A DNA stretch of 61,793 nucleotides, the filler included. It is 7 parts of 7 records of this genome, joined end to end, with 100 filler letters (N's around TTAATTAATTAA, not from the genome) between each part and the next. Parts side by side here need not be neighbours in the genome. Positions count along the whole stretch, not along the records: positions 18,723 to 25,480 come from DRR378314_1827; positions 25,581 to 31,070 come from DRR378314_1829; 5 more parts are not named here. One strand, given 5' to 3'. Every line of letters begins with the position of its first letter. The first letter of the stretch is position 1. Under the pieces are notes generated by a model. That model saw only the letters and a program-made list of their open reading frames with translations, ran no database searches and was not told the DNA's origin. The translations under genes were made by a program, and so were the position numbers. This document shows, in pieces, positions 20,042 to 31,170 of this stretch.

Positions 20042-21400
20042 TCAGCGCTCCGTCAATCGCAGCCAGATCCCGTTTTTCGACCTTACTGTCAGATGCGCCA
20101 CCGGCTGCGGATCGTGGCCCTCAATCCGCTCCACCCGATAGCGGCGCAGCAGGTGGGCGAGGATCAACACGCCCTCAACCATGGCAAACCCAGCCCCGGT
20201 ACAAACCCGCGATCCGGCAGAGAACGGCATATAGGCGCTGCGAGCACAGGTCTTGCCGGCCTCTGTCTGCCAGCGCGCGGGGTCAAAGTCGTCCGGACGT
20301 TCCCACAACCGCTCATGGCGATGCAGATGCCAGGGGCTGAGCACCATCTGTGCGCCCCTGGGGATGTCACGATCGCGAAAGCGCTCGGGACATGTGGCTT
20401 CGCGCACCATCATCGGCACCGGCGGATAAAGCCGCAGTGTTTCGCGGAACACGTCGCGGGTGATCCGCAGGCGAGCGATGGCGGCGAACGCCTCGGTGCC
20501 ATGTTCTGTTGCCTCCGCCGCGACCTTCTCCTGCCAGTCTGGATAAAGCGCCATCAAATAGAGCGCCCAGCCAAGCGCCGAGGCGCTGGTCTCATGCCCC
20601 GCAAGAAAAAAGATCGCCACCTGATCGACCATTTCCTCGGTATCGAACCCTGCGCCTGTCTTCGGATCAACTGTGGTCATGATCTTGGTGGCCAGATCCT
20701 GCGGTGCGGTGCCGGCGGCGATCTCCGCCATGCGGGCCTCGGTCAGGCTGGCGATCAGGCGGCGGATACGGGCCGCATTGGCGCGGGTGCCCTTGGGATA
20801 GAGGCGCGGCATCCAGCGCGGCAGCGGCACAAAGGCCGCAAGGTTCAGGATCGGCTGCGCCTGCTGATAGGCGCGAAAGCGGGCAAAGACCTCCGTCGCG
20901 ACCTGATGTTCGATGGGTATCGAGAACAGGGTGCGGAAAATCACATCCGCCGCGATATGAGAGGTCTCGGCCTCGATCTCCAGCGGGATGCCATCTGCCT
21001 TTGGCGCCAGCCGCGCCACCCCGGCTTCGGCTGCGGCCAGCATGGCGGGAAATGTCTCCTTCAGCCGCCCCCCTTCAAAAGCCGGGTCAATGATGCGGCG
21101 CTGGCGTTTCCAGGTCTCGCCATTGGTCAGAAAGACGGAATTGCCCAGAAGAGGCCGCAGCCCCTCGCCCACCCGGTTTGATTTGGGAAAATCATCCGGG
21201 CGCTCTTTAAGGATGACATCCAGAAGATCCGGCTGGTTCACCAGATAGGAGCGGAAAAACGGCGTGCGGAACTCTGCCATCCAGGCCCGATAGAGCCGCT
21301 GCGGCTGAGCCGAGAGGATATCGGCGCGAAACAGCTTCAGGTAACGCCAAAGCGAGACCTTGTCAGGCCGGGCCGGGGGTTTGGGCGGCCGCAGATTCAT
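20042..21400 (-). CDS. Cytochrome P450
   Basis: I-helix FFLAGHETS, ETLRLYPP, heme loop PFSAGSRVCTG. Confidence 0.95.
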   Translation of the reverse strand: MNLRPPKPPARPDKVSLWRYLKLFRADILSAQPQRLYRAWMAEFRTPFFRSYLVNQPDLLDVILKERPDDFPKSNRVGEGLRPLLGNSVFLTNGETWKRQRRIIDPAFEGGRLKETFPAMLAAAEAGVARLAPKADGIPLEIEAETSHIAADVIFRTLFSIPIEHQVATEVFARFRAYQQAQPILNLAAFVPLPRWMPRLYPKGTRANAARIRRLIASLTEARMAEIAAGTAPQDLATKIMTTVDPKTGAGFDTEEMVDQVAIFFLAGHETSASALGWALYLMALYPDWQEKVAAEATEHGTEAFAAIARLRITRDVFRETLRLYPPVPMMVREATCPERFRDRDIPRGAQMVLSPWHLHRHERLWERPDDFDPARWQTEAGKTCARSAYMPFSAGSRVCTGAGFAMVEGVLILAHLLRRYRVERIEGHDPQPVAHLTVRSKNGIWLRLTER

Positions 21401-22644
21401 CGCGGATCCATCGAGCGGAAGCGGTTTACCGGACGCGCCAGCCGGGAGCGGGAATGCGCCCTGTTCTGCAGCCTGTCGCCGAGGGTCTGCGGCCCGGCGG
21501 TGATGCGGAAATAGTCATAGTCCTTCGGGTGGTCAAAGGCGCAGAGATACTGGAAATGCAGTCGGAAATAACGCCGCTTCAACGCCTGCCAGCGCGCGGC
21601 GCTGAGGGTCTGGGTAAAGGCGGCGGAAAACACGATGGGCCAGCGCTGATCCTTTGGCGCAACGCCGGTGACCCCAACCGGATCACAGAGCGCAAAGGCA
21701 CAGCCATCGCCGGGCGCGGTGACGTCATACCACGGGATCTGCCCCTGCACCGACATCTCTCGCAGGTCGCGACGCAGGCGGGTGGCGCGCGGCAGGAAGG
21801 ACACCATCGGCACCACCTGCCCGAGGCTGAGAAAGCTGAGGCTGGGGCGCTCTGCGGGCAGCCCCTCGTGCAGCAGATCCGCCAGCACCGACACGCCGAT
21901 ATGGGCGCCGGAGGAATGACCGACCACCAGCACCTCATCGACATTGTTGTCCTCCAGAGCGGCGCGAATGGCGGCGCGGAACACCTGCATACGCGCCTCC
22001 AGCTCCGGTGGGTTCTGCCCGCGCAAGACGGCAGAATAGGCGTAGTCATGCATCAGGTAGTAGACAAACAGCTTGTTGTCGCGGGCCTTGAAGCCACGCA
22101 GCAGCGCCACCGCAGCCCCCACCCCGGCCAGCATCTGCGCGATCCAGATCAGCGGCGCAGGCAGCGGCAGATGCCCCGACAACGCGCCGACAGCCCAGGC
22201 CACAATCCATCCCAAAAGCGCTGCCAGCAAAGCCTGTACCAGGAGGATCACCACCGGATAGAGCGCCGCGATCACCGGGCCCTTACGCAGCCGCATCAGC
22301 CGCCACAGCGCGCCGGAGGCGATGTAGGTCCAGGCGGTGCGCAGAAGCTGCAGATAGGTCGCGGCAATGGAGCTGTTCATGCTGTGCTTGACGATATCGG
22401 ACCAGACCAGCACCTCCACATCGGTCTCCACCTGCGCGCCTTCGATCTCCGCCGAGACATGCCAGCCGTAAGCGCCCTTGGTGGTCTTCGGAGTGAGGGT
22501 CAGCGCGTAGCCCGACAGCTGCGCCTGCTCCGCCCCCTCGCCGCGATAGAGTTCGCGGTAGCGGCGGGGGTGGAACGGGTCGTAGCCCGGAATATAGAAC
22601 ACCCGGCGGCTGCGCACCGTTGATGTCGTGGCGTTGCTGCTCAT
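21397..22644 (-). CDS. Membrane-associated alpha/beta-hydrolase-like hypothetical protein
   Basis: N-terminal 'RRVFYIPGYDP', two central TM segments, nucleophile-elbow-like VVGHSSG, distal D and H candidates; ATGA overlap with the P450. Confidence 0.8.
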   Translation of the reverse strand: MSSNATTSTVRSRRVFYIPGYDPFHPRRYRELYRGEGAEQAQLSGYALTLTPKTTKGAYGWHVSAEIEGAQVETDVEVLVWSDIVKHSMNSSIAATYLQLLRTAWTYIASGALWRLMRLRKGPVIAALYPVVILLVQALLAALLGWIVAWAVGALSGHLPLPAPLIWIAQMLAGVGAAVALLRGFKARDNKLFVYYLMHDYAYSAVLRGQNPPELEARMQVFRAAIRAALEDNNVDEVLVVGHSSGAHIGVSVLADLLHEGLPAERPSLSFLSLGQVVPMVSFLPRATRLRRDLREMSVQGQIPWYDVTAPGDGCAFALCDPVGVTGVAPKDQRWPIVFSAAFTQTLSAARWQALKRRYFRLHFQYLCAFDHPKDYDYFRITAGPQTLGDRLQNRAHSRSRLARPVNRFRSMDPR

Positions 22645-22724
22645 GCCCGATATGTGGCCCCGATCATTGTTGATCAGAGCCTAGCGCAGCTTTGCGGCCA
22701 GCGTAAGAGTGTGTTTTCCAGCGG

Positions 22725-23477
22725 TTAGCCGAGGGTCGCCAGCGCCGGGAAGGTTTCCAGCAGCCAGAAGGAGAAGCTGGTGAACAGGCCAGTGACCAGC
22801 ATGATGCCGACGATCAACAACAGTCCCCCCATGACCTTCTCAATCAGCCCCATGTGCCGCTTGATCCGGTTCATCAGCGCCATGGAGCGGGTCAGGAAGA
22901 TCGCCGCCAGCAGGAAAGGCACACCAAGCCCCAGCGCATAGACGCCAAGTAGGATGGTGCCCCGGCTGACAGAGGCCTCAGAAGCGGCCAGCGACAGGAT
23001 CGCCCCCAACTGCGGGCCAATGCAAGGCGTCCAGCCAAAGGCGAAGGCAAGCCCAAGCACATAGGCACCAAGGACAGACCCACCTGCATCGCCGGTCTCC
23101 ATCCGCGCCTCGCGGTCCAGCAGCGGAATGCGGAACACCGACAGGAAATGCAAACCAAAGACAATCACCACGAGGCCGGAAGCCTTGGCAAACAGCTCCT
23201 GATTCTGCAGCACAAAGGCGCCAAAGGCCGAGGCGGTGAAGCCCAGCAGCAGGAACACAGTCGACAGCCCCATCACAAAGAACATCGCCGCCAGGATCGC
23301 CTTGCGCCGGGCGGCGGCAGTGCCCTGGATCTCGCCAATGGTCACCCCGCTCATATAGGCCAGATAGGGCGGCACGATCGGCAGCACACACGGGCTCAGA
23401 AAGCTGATGATGCCCCCGACAAGGGCAACGAACATGGCGGGCAGAAGGCTCGCGTCAATGATCTCGATTCCAAACAT
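22725..23477 (-). CDS. ccdA: Cytochrome c biogenesis protein CcdA
   Basis: SFLSPCVLP and FGWTPCIGP. Confidence 0.93.
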   Translation of the reverse strand: MFGIEIIDASLLPAMFVALVGGIISFLSPCVLPIVPPYLAYMSGVTIGEIQGTAAARRKAILAAMFFVMGLSTVFLLLGFTASAFGAFVLQNQELFAKASGLVVIVFGLHFLSVFRIPLLDREARMETGDAGGSVLGAYVLGLAFAFGWTPCIGPQLGAILSLAASEASVSRGTILLGVYALGLGVPFLLAAIFLTRSMALMNRIKRHMGLIEKVMGGLLLIVGIMLVTGLFTSFSFWLLETFPALATLG

Positions 23478-23571
23478 ATCGCCTACTTAGTCGAAGCCTC
23501 TGACGTCGTCACCTGCACGGGATGTCACATCCTTGTGGACAGGCTGTAACACGCGGCTTATTTCGGACCAC

Positions 23572-23808
23572 ATGACAGATTTTGACGCCACGCTGGACGC
23601 CATCGGCCTCCTCTGCCCCCTTCCCGTCCTCAAGGCCCGCAAGCGGCTGGAACCTCTGCCCGACGGCGGTGTGCTGCGCATATTGGCCGATGATCCGGCA
23701 GCCATTATCGACGTGCCGCATTTCTGTGCCGAGGCCGGACATGGCTTTATCGGGATGGAAGAAGATGGCGCGCATCAGGTCTATCTGATCCGCAAGGGCG
23801 CGCGCTAA
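23572..23808 (+). CDS. TusA/SirA family sulfurtransferase
   Basis: LDA.GL.CPLPVLK, ADDP....D.P.FC. Confidence 0.9.
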   Translation: MTDFDATLDAIGLLCPLPVLKARKRLEPLPDGGVLRILADDPAAIIDVPHFCAEAGHGFIGMEEDGAHQVYLIRKGAR

Positions 23809-23831
23809 TCTCAGAAATGTGAACTGAAAGC

Positions 23832-23864
23832 AAAAAAGGCGGCCCTGCTTGGAGCCGCCTTTTT
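23832..23864. terminator. Bidirectional intrinsic terminator
   Basis: AAAAAAGGCGGC...GCCGCCTTTTT between convergent tusA-like and rne genes. Confidence 0.8.
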
Positions 23865-23883
23865 CAATGTCGTTGTGTCAGAC

Positions 23884-25479
23884 TCAGCTGCCGACAGACC
23901 ACCAGCCACGACGCTTGGGCTTTTGCGACTGTGCAGGTTCTGGCTGCGCCGCGACAGGCTCCGGCTTCGTCTCGGCTACGGTCGGTGTAGCAGCAACCGG
24001 TGCGTCCTCGGCTTGCGGTGCCGCCGGGGCGGGCTGCGCCTCTGACGTAACCTCGGGTGCCGATGCCTGCTCCGCAGGTGCCTCTTGCGTCGGTCCTTCC
24101 GAAGCGGTTGGCTCGGGCGCTTTTTGCGGTTCTGGCGCGGGTGTTGGCTCAGGTGCTGTCGCGGGCGCTGCCGCAACGGGTGCATCCTGCGCTTCGACCT
24201 CGGCTGCAACTTCAGGCGCGGCAGCAACGCTCGGCGTCACCTCTGTTGCGACGGCGGGTGCCTCTGCGCGATCAGCTTCAGCGGTCGCAGGGGCATCAGC
24301 GGCTACGGGTTGATCCGCCTCGGCCTCCACTTTCTTGCGTGTGCGGCTGCGTGTCCGGGTGCGGGTCCGCTTTTTCTTCGGTTCCGCATCGGCCTCGGGC
24401 TCACAATCGGCAGCAGGATCAGCAGTCGTGTTCGCCTCGTCCTGCGTGTTGGCCTCTTTGGCCGGCTCAGACGTGTCACCGTTCGCAGAGCCGTTCTCAC
24501 CGCTCTCATGACCGTTCTCACCATTGCCGGATTTTTTCCGACGACGACGCCGACGCTTCCGCTTGGGTTTGGCTTCGCCTTCGCTCTCTTCGGACCGAGC
24601 CTCGGATTCGACCTCAGCCTCTACCGGCGCAGGCGCAACCTCGACCTCTTCCTCCGGCTCTTCAATCGCGTCGATCTGATCCATGATGGACGCATCGACT
24701 GACACGACGGGGCTGGACACCACCGGAATGGCGCGCGAGGCGGTCTTGAACTTCTCAAGCGTGAAATCAGGGCTGACCAGCGTCACGTCCCCTTCGATCC
24801 GAACCGACAGACCGTAGCGGGCCTCGATCTGGGCGATATGCTCGCGCTTCTGGTTCATCAGGTAGTTGGCGATGTCCACAGGGCATTTCACCAGCACTTC
24901 ACGGGATCGACGGCGGGTGCCCTCTTCCTCGATCTGACGCAGGATCGACAGCGCCATGGAGTCGTCGGAGCGGATAAGGCCGGTGCCATGGCAATGCGGG
25001 CAAGGCGCCGTCGTTGCCTCGATCATGCCGGGACGCAGACGCTGGCGCGACATTTCCATCAGACCAAAGCCCGAGATGCGACCCACTTGAATGCGGGCGC
25101 GATCGGTCTTCAGCTTGTCTTTCATCCGCTTTTCGACGGCGGCGTTGTTCTTGCGCTCGTCCATGTCGATGAAGTCGATGACGATCAGACCGGCAAGGTC
25201 GCGCAGACGCAGCTGACGTGCCACCTCTTCGGCGGCCTCAAGGTTGGTCTTGAGCGCGGTATCCTCGATCGAAGCCTCTTTTGTGGCCCGGCCGGAGTTC
25301 ACGTCAATCGCCACCAGCGCCTCGGTCACACCGATCACGATGTAGCCGCCGGATTTCAGCTGCACGGTCGGGTTGAACATGCCGCCAAGGTAGGTTTCGA
25401 CCTGATAGCGCGCAAACAGCGGCATCTGATCCTGGTAGTTTTTCACATTCTTGGCGTGGGACGGCATGATCATTTTCAT
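23884..25479 (-). CDS. rne: Ribonuclease E (5' truncated)
   Basis: AIDVNSG, LRLRDLAGLIVIDFIDM, CPHCHG Zn-link; disordered tail with Arg-rich patches ending KRRGWW. Confidence 0.96.
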   Translation of the reverse strand: MKMIMPSHAKNVKNYQDQMPLFARYQVETYLGGMFNPTVQLKSGGYIVIGVTEALVAIDVNSGRATKEASIEDTALKTNLEAAEEVARQLRLRDLAGLIVIDFIDMDERKNNAAVEKRMKDKLKTDRARIQVGRISGFGLMEMSRQRLRPGMIEATTAPCPHCHGTGLIRSDDSMALSILRQIEEEGTRRRSREVLVKCPVDIANYLMNQKREHIAQIEARYGLSVRIEGDVTLVSPDFTLEKFKTASRAIPVVSSPVVSVDASIMDQIDAIEEPEEEVEVAPAPVEAEVESEARSEESEGEAKPKRKRRRRRRKKSGNGENGHESGENGSANGDTSEPAKEANTQDEANTTADPAADCEPEADAEPKKKRTRTRTRSRTRKKVEAEADQPVAADAPATAEADRAEAPAVATEVTPSVAAAPEVAAEVEAQDAPVAAAPATAPEPTPAPEPQKAPEPTASEGPTQEAPAEQASAPEVTSEAQPAPAAPQAEDAPVAATPTVAETKPEPVAAQPEPAQSQKPKRRGWWSVGS

Positions 25480-25480
25480 G

Positions 25481-25580
25481 NNNNNNNNNNNNNNNNNNNN
25501 NNNNNNNNNNNNNNNNNNNNNNNNTTAATTAATTAANNNNNNNNNNNNNNNNNNNNNNNNNNNNNNNNNNNNNNNNNNNN
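25481..25580. other. Artificial contig spacer
   Basis: N-run/TTAATTAATTAA/N-run. Confidence 0.99.
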
Positions 25581-25731
25581 CGCATCCCCATGAGGCAGCA
25601 ACGACATATAGAACAAGAAGAGCACTCTCCATTAGTTGGCCTTATCCGGCCTGGCGGGCGTGTTTCAGCACCAGTGCACGAGAACCGCGGACTCGCGCTC
25701 CTCTCTGTCGCGCAACTGGCTGCCCACGTAC

Positions 25732-26543
25732 CATCACAAGGTCGCGCGTAGCTTCGAACCGGTTGTAGAAGCAGCTCAACAAGGAGAACCCGATAATCGA
25801 GAGGATCGTTAATCCCGTCACAAAAATATCCCACGGAGACCGCTGATCTGCGTTCGGTTGATTCACACGAGGAAACCAGGGGACGACTCAGAATCCCAAA
25901 CTCCCGCACGCGCAGTGCTTTGTCGCTCTGCGAAACTGCGCGCAGCTTCGCAGAGCGAGCCAACGCCCAAACTCACCTAGGCACTTCGCCTCGACATCCT
26001 GGCAGAATCTCCCCGCCTTCCGAACATTCTGCAAGCACTGCGTCTTTGTACACACATCGCACGCCTAATCTATCGAAAGGGACGGTAAATTACAGGGTGG
26101 AACAGGACAATAGCCGGATATCAAGCAAGCTCGCGCACGCGTGCTCAAACAAAGCTTGGCGGTGCTGTGGAGTATCCGCACGGCGCGGCGCAGCACATAC
26201 CTGTACGGGAAACGTTCCATTCCAGAACTTATTATTTGGTTCTTGTAGACAGATACCGGAATAACAGCAAAGGCATTCGCACAGGACAGAGGCCTGCGCG
26301 CGGGAACGCCACGAAAATAGCGGCCAGACCAGACGTAAGAGGGAACGCAGCCGCGCGGACAGCGCGAGCTCGCAGCGCTGACGGCAGCCAGTACAGCCCG
26401 TAGCTCCCACAAGCTGGGCGACTGGTACAGACGCAAGGGTGGAAAACACACAGCACATGACCAAACAAACGCACCGATGCCTTGCTTGAAAGCGCCATCA
26501 ACAATGTGCATATTCCCAGCGCCAGCCGCATCGATGTGCCCAT
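25732..26543 (-). CDS. Eukaryotic small Cys-rich single-pass membrane protein (spliced; 3' end uncertain)
   Basis: Exons 26543-26475, 26293-26201, 26064-25977, 25847-25732 with GT..AG borders join in frame to give a signal peptide, a 10-Cys ectodomain and a TM helix. Confidence 0.7.
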
Positions 26544-29050
26544 CGCAAAGTAGTCGGTACACGCCGTCGTCACGCCGCAACGATCTGTGCCCGCACTCGC
26601 CCTTACACACTCCTGGCCAGATTGAGAGCGGAAAAGTGCGCCGCGCAGAATCCCCCACAAAAAACAAAAACAAACAAACTAGTGCAGTCCAGTAACCTAT
26701 CAAGCGTTTTCAGAATGGACACGTTTCTCCAGGCACGCCCGCGACGATCACTCAAGCGTCGGCAGCAGCGCGCCACACTTATTCGACGCTCTGATACAGG
26801 CGCTGCGGAACGTGCAGTGGCAGAGGGCGGTCGGCGAGCTCTCTCGTCACAGCAGTCGGAACCTGGCAGCGAGAGGATATACATGCAGCCCTACGAACTA
26901 AACTTCCTCGCCGGGGAGAGAAAACTCCTGACCCCAGAACGCGCAACGCTTCAGAAGCGCGCTGTCCACTCCCACACTCTGGAAATGCCACGACTGTTTT
27001 ATATTTTCGCTACAGATCCCATGTATCACTCTTTCTCATTTTATACGCAATAGGTTGCGTATCCATGAGGCCAAGAGGAGAAGGAGAGTTGATGAGGACG
27101 CGCGGTATCACGCACGCAGCCAGCTCCTGCTGCGATATATGTACGGTGTAACCCTATCCTCGCAACAGCGAACAAGCCGTGGCCTCGATTGTGCGACAAA
27201 GCGGGCTCTTGCACGAGGTGCAGCATGATACACAGGCAAACCCTGCACAAGCCCACACGTACTCGCTTGCTTTCTCTACCTGTCCTCTAGCACGGATACG
27301 TCTAGTTTTGAGATGGCCGACGGTACCGAAGCACCCAAGAAAAAGTATGATGGTAGATAATACATGTAGAATGTAGCAGTATATACCTATGCGTCTCCCA
27401 TGCTACTTCCAATCGCGTGTATTGTTTCTCCTGCGAGCGCGTGCTTGAACAGTGCACGTGCACCGACGGGGAATATGTGCACATGCTGGGGAGGTCCTGC
27501 TGCTGAGCCTCCTTTCCTTGCCCGCATTTCCGCCGCGGCAATTGCAGAATATGCTGTGCTTGCCCCGACACGAAGGCGAAGCGTGATGAGTGCATTGCTA
27601 TGCATGGAGAGGACAAGTGCAAGGCGCTTATCGAAGACCATCTTGCCTGCCTGCGAAAGGAAGGCTTCGACGTGCGTTCGATGTGTTTCGCACGGCATTT
27701 CTTCCCGCAGCGTTGCCTTTCCCGACGCACGCACTGCCTACGTGGCCACTGCTCTGCAGAAATGTAGACAGCAAGGGTGCACAGCAGGTTACGAACGGAT
27801 GGTTATATAGAACCTGTCATCTTTGCGTACAGAAGCTGAGCTCTACGCGCGTCGGGAAAGCTTTTCCTTGGTACAAGGCAGCCAGCGGCCCTTGCCGAAG
27901 CAGACGGAAAGGCCGCCCCGATGTCGTGGCTCGGCTACGTGCTCGTGCACGGGCGCGTGCGATGCTACAGCACTCACTCTCGTGAAAAGACTTTTTCTGC
28001 CCCACCACTCTGCTTCTCGCAACGCTCCGTCTTGGTGATTACTTCAGCCTTAGTAAGACAAATGAAGCTAGCGCAGTCGATAAATGCTCTTGGTGAAGTG
28101 AAAGGGAATGTTTTCTCCGTCCGTCTGAAGAGGACGAGAGTGTACAAAGTTGCTGTGTTGTTCCACTGTCCTGTGCTTTCTCTGCTGCGTTGCGCGATGA
28201 ACTGCACTCACTGTGGCGGGCACTCGGTGCTGCTCTGTCTTTGATGAACTTGTGCGGTCGCGGGTGCAGGTGTAAGCTTTTGACAGCACGCTTTGTCGCC
28301 CGCGCGGGCGCCCCGCTCAAGTGATCCAGAATGCCCCCGGCATGGAACATACGTTTCTTTCCTTTTTTTCCAAATCATGATTCGTATCGTTCCCAGTGAG
28401 GCGAATCAAATTCGAATGACTGGAAGTGCCTCGGGCGCCTTGCCATCGAACGGCGTACACGTGCCGGTGCCGCCAGCAAGCTGCCGATGAGTAGGGTTGG
28501 AAAGCGCCTGGCCCTGCCTCTGTGCACATTCTGCAACGCTGCGCGCGCGCTCTTCTGTCATCGCGCACAAGTTTATTTCCCTCAGGATACATGGATGATA
28601 ATATAATGAATATGCATGACGCTATCACCATTCGCCCACAACGCAAACGATCGCGCGGCTCTTCGAGTTTGCGACGCTCGCGCAGCGCAGTCTTCACTGT
28701 CAAAGCAGAGGCCAAAACACATTCGAGATCCCGAAAAGTTCCTCCCGACGCACACGAGTTTACCCAGAACTAGTGCAATCACTGACCTGCTGCTTGTAGG
28801 CCGCGAGACGTTGGTTTCTGCTCTCCCCACTGTGAGCGCGCCTGCTCAGAGGAAAGACGCGCATCGTTGCCAGAAAGTGCGTACACTCGCAAGCGTTAAG
28901 ATCCACGCTCGTGCAGTAAAAGGACGCATCGTTCCCTTTATTTTGCAGTTTGGCCCTCTTTTGTTGTTGTGCAGGCAGTTTCTCTTTCTTTTTTGTTCTG
29001 TTTTGCCTTCCACTGGAATAGCCCGTAGCCAGAGGTAGCCGATAGCAGTC

Positions 29051-30880
29051 ATGGTTGCCGCGAAAAAGTCCGCGACGTCGGTCGCCGCCATCCCGCGCTT
29101 GTTTGACGAGTGCCAGCGCAGTTTTGCTTCGCATCGCAAGGCCGCAGCAGTTCTGCGAAAGATCCAAGTAGATGATCCGGAGAGTTTTGCCAAGGTTTTC
29201 ACGCAGCAGGTGGATCGACTGCTTCTGGTCTTCAAGCGCGAGCCCGCTGTCGAACGTCTCGTGCAGTTTGTGGTTTCCTTCTCCACCAACGTGGCGCTTG
29301 GCGCCGGCGACGCAGAAGAGGATGCCGGCGATACCAACTTCGCCCCCTACCTTCTCGCGTATCTCATTCGTTATGCAAACGCGAAAGAAAAGTCTGTTCG
29401 ATTTCGCGTGTGCCAATTCGTTGGTGGGCTCTTGGCACAAATGAGCGAGGAAGCAGAGATCAGGTGCGCGACGCGACAGACTCCCGCGTGTCCTTGGCGC
29501 GCGCCGCCGCTGCTTGGCTGCACTGCGGAAGCCTCTCTACGTCTCTGCCCGCTGCACGCTTTGCTGCTTTGCAACGGAATCAAGGCGGAACGCTTATTGC
29601 ATTGGGAAAGCTCTTTGCCTCTCCCTGAATCGATGAGGTTGTGGCTTCTCGCCGCTTCTAAGGAGAATACCGTTTGCACGCGTTGCACGTCGGTGCTGGT
29701 GTGTGCTTCGCTTTCTGTGGCTGACCAAGCGTTGTTGCTGCGCAAGGAGCGTGTGGTCGCGTTGACAGATTTGGCGCGAAGAGCTGTTCGCGCAGGGACG
29801 GGAAACCCCAGACAGGCAGCGTGCGCACGTACAGCAAGAGACCGTCCTCCACCATTGCATTACCCAACCCAACTCTCACAGTCGTTTTTTTCTTTCGTAT
29901 ACTTTTATTCTCATCTTAATTTGTCACAACTGGATCGCTGCGCGACACAACAGCGATGAGCTTTGGGAAACCGTACAAAACGAAATGCTCCTGCGCGCAA
30001 CCGACAAGGTTCCTGCAGTGCGAGCGCAGGCGATCAAAGCGCTAACGCGCCTACAGGACCCGTCCGAAGTCAACGACCCTGCTATGACGACCATTTTACG
30101 GGCGATGGAGCATGATCCGAGCAAGTATGTTTCTTGTTGATAGTAAGCGGGGGCACCAGTTCTCATGAATTTCTTGGTAGGACAATCTGACGAGGGTTCG
30201 GGATCGTCGCTGCACGGAGGCGAAACCGCGCCGTGCAACCCTGCAGCGCAGCGCGAAAGGCCATGCTTTGCCTGCCTGGCTAGTGCCGCTTTTCTTACAA
30301 CCATGCCGACATACTCAGTGACTCACGATATTGTTGCTTGTTTCGTTTTGTGTGTTTGTGCAGGGAAGTGCGAAAGATGGCCCTGTCCGCCATCGCCATG
30401 ACGCGCTCAACGCTCCCGTACGTGCTGCAGCGCCTGCACGACGTGAAGGAAGACGTCCGCCGCGAAGCGGTGCTCCTTGTCGGAACAAAGATCAACATGC
30501 TGCATCTAACGATCCAGCAACGTATCGATGTCCTCCGCGGGGCGCTCCGCGATCGGAGCGCCATGGTGCGGGATGCGTGCAGCGGAATTATCAAATCCGA
30601 GTGGTATTCCAAGGTATGCATTGTGGCAGTGCGCTCCTACCCATCTACGCGGGTCCTTGCTGGCGCGCAGTGCGTTGCAGAAAGGGTCTTACGGTGACGA
30701 GCGCGGCACTGCTTCTGGTGCAGGCGAGCGAAAAGAGTGCGGTTGCGTTTGTGCGCGCCCTAGACGTCGAAACGTACGAGGAGGTCGCCGAGACTGCAGC
30801 TCGCTGCGTGCTGGAGGAGTGCGTCAGCGACGAGGCAGGCCCGTTCAGTGGAGCATTTGCGCCAGCGCTGGAAACAATCG
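29051..30880 (+). CDS. NCAPG: Condensin complex subunit 3 (CAP-G/Ycg1), first four exons (3' truncated)
   Basis: Exons 29051-29463, 29954-30124, 30364-30613, 30724-30880, all GT..AG and in frame; HEAT motifs KSVRFRVCQ, RATDKVPAVRAQAIKALTRLQD, HDPSKEVRK, DVKEDVR, LRDRS..V, LDVE. Confidence 0.9.
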
Positions 30881-31070
30881 GTACGTGTCGTCGATGGGCG
30901 ACAGCATGCGCAGGTGAAAAGCCTCAAAAACCAGTCACACGGAAATCGTGGCGTATGCTTTGTTTGCGAAAGGAATTTTACGTGTGCTTTTGGCGACGAC
31001 ATCCGCGAGCGTTGAATGTGTGCGCTGGGCGGACTATTTGTTTTTCTTTTTTCTTTTTTCTTTTTTCTTT

Positions 31071-31170
31071 NNNNNNNNNNNNNNNNNNNNNNNNNNNNNN
31101 NNNNNNNNNNNNNNTTAATTAATTAANNNNNNNNNNNNNNNNNNNNNNNNNNNNNNNNNNNNNNNNNNNN
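31071..31170. other. Artificial contig spacer
   Basis: N-run/TTAATTAATTAA/N-run. Confidence 0.99.

Noticed and set aside
23900-24680. Ala/Pro/Glu low-complexity repeats and plus-strand ORFs
   Set aside because: Normal disordered RNase E scaffold
25848-25930. In-frame TGA upstream of the TM-coding frame (possible selenocysteine)
   Set aside because: Falls inside the predicted intron 25848-25976, and no SECIS evidence was seen
26544-29050. Many short ORFs and some splice-like signals
   Set aside because: No consistent in-frame gene model or recognisable protein could be built; a gene may still be present
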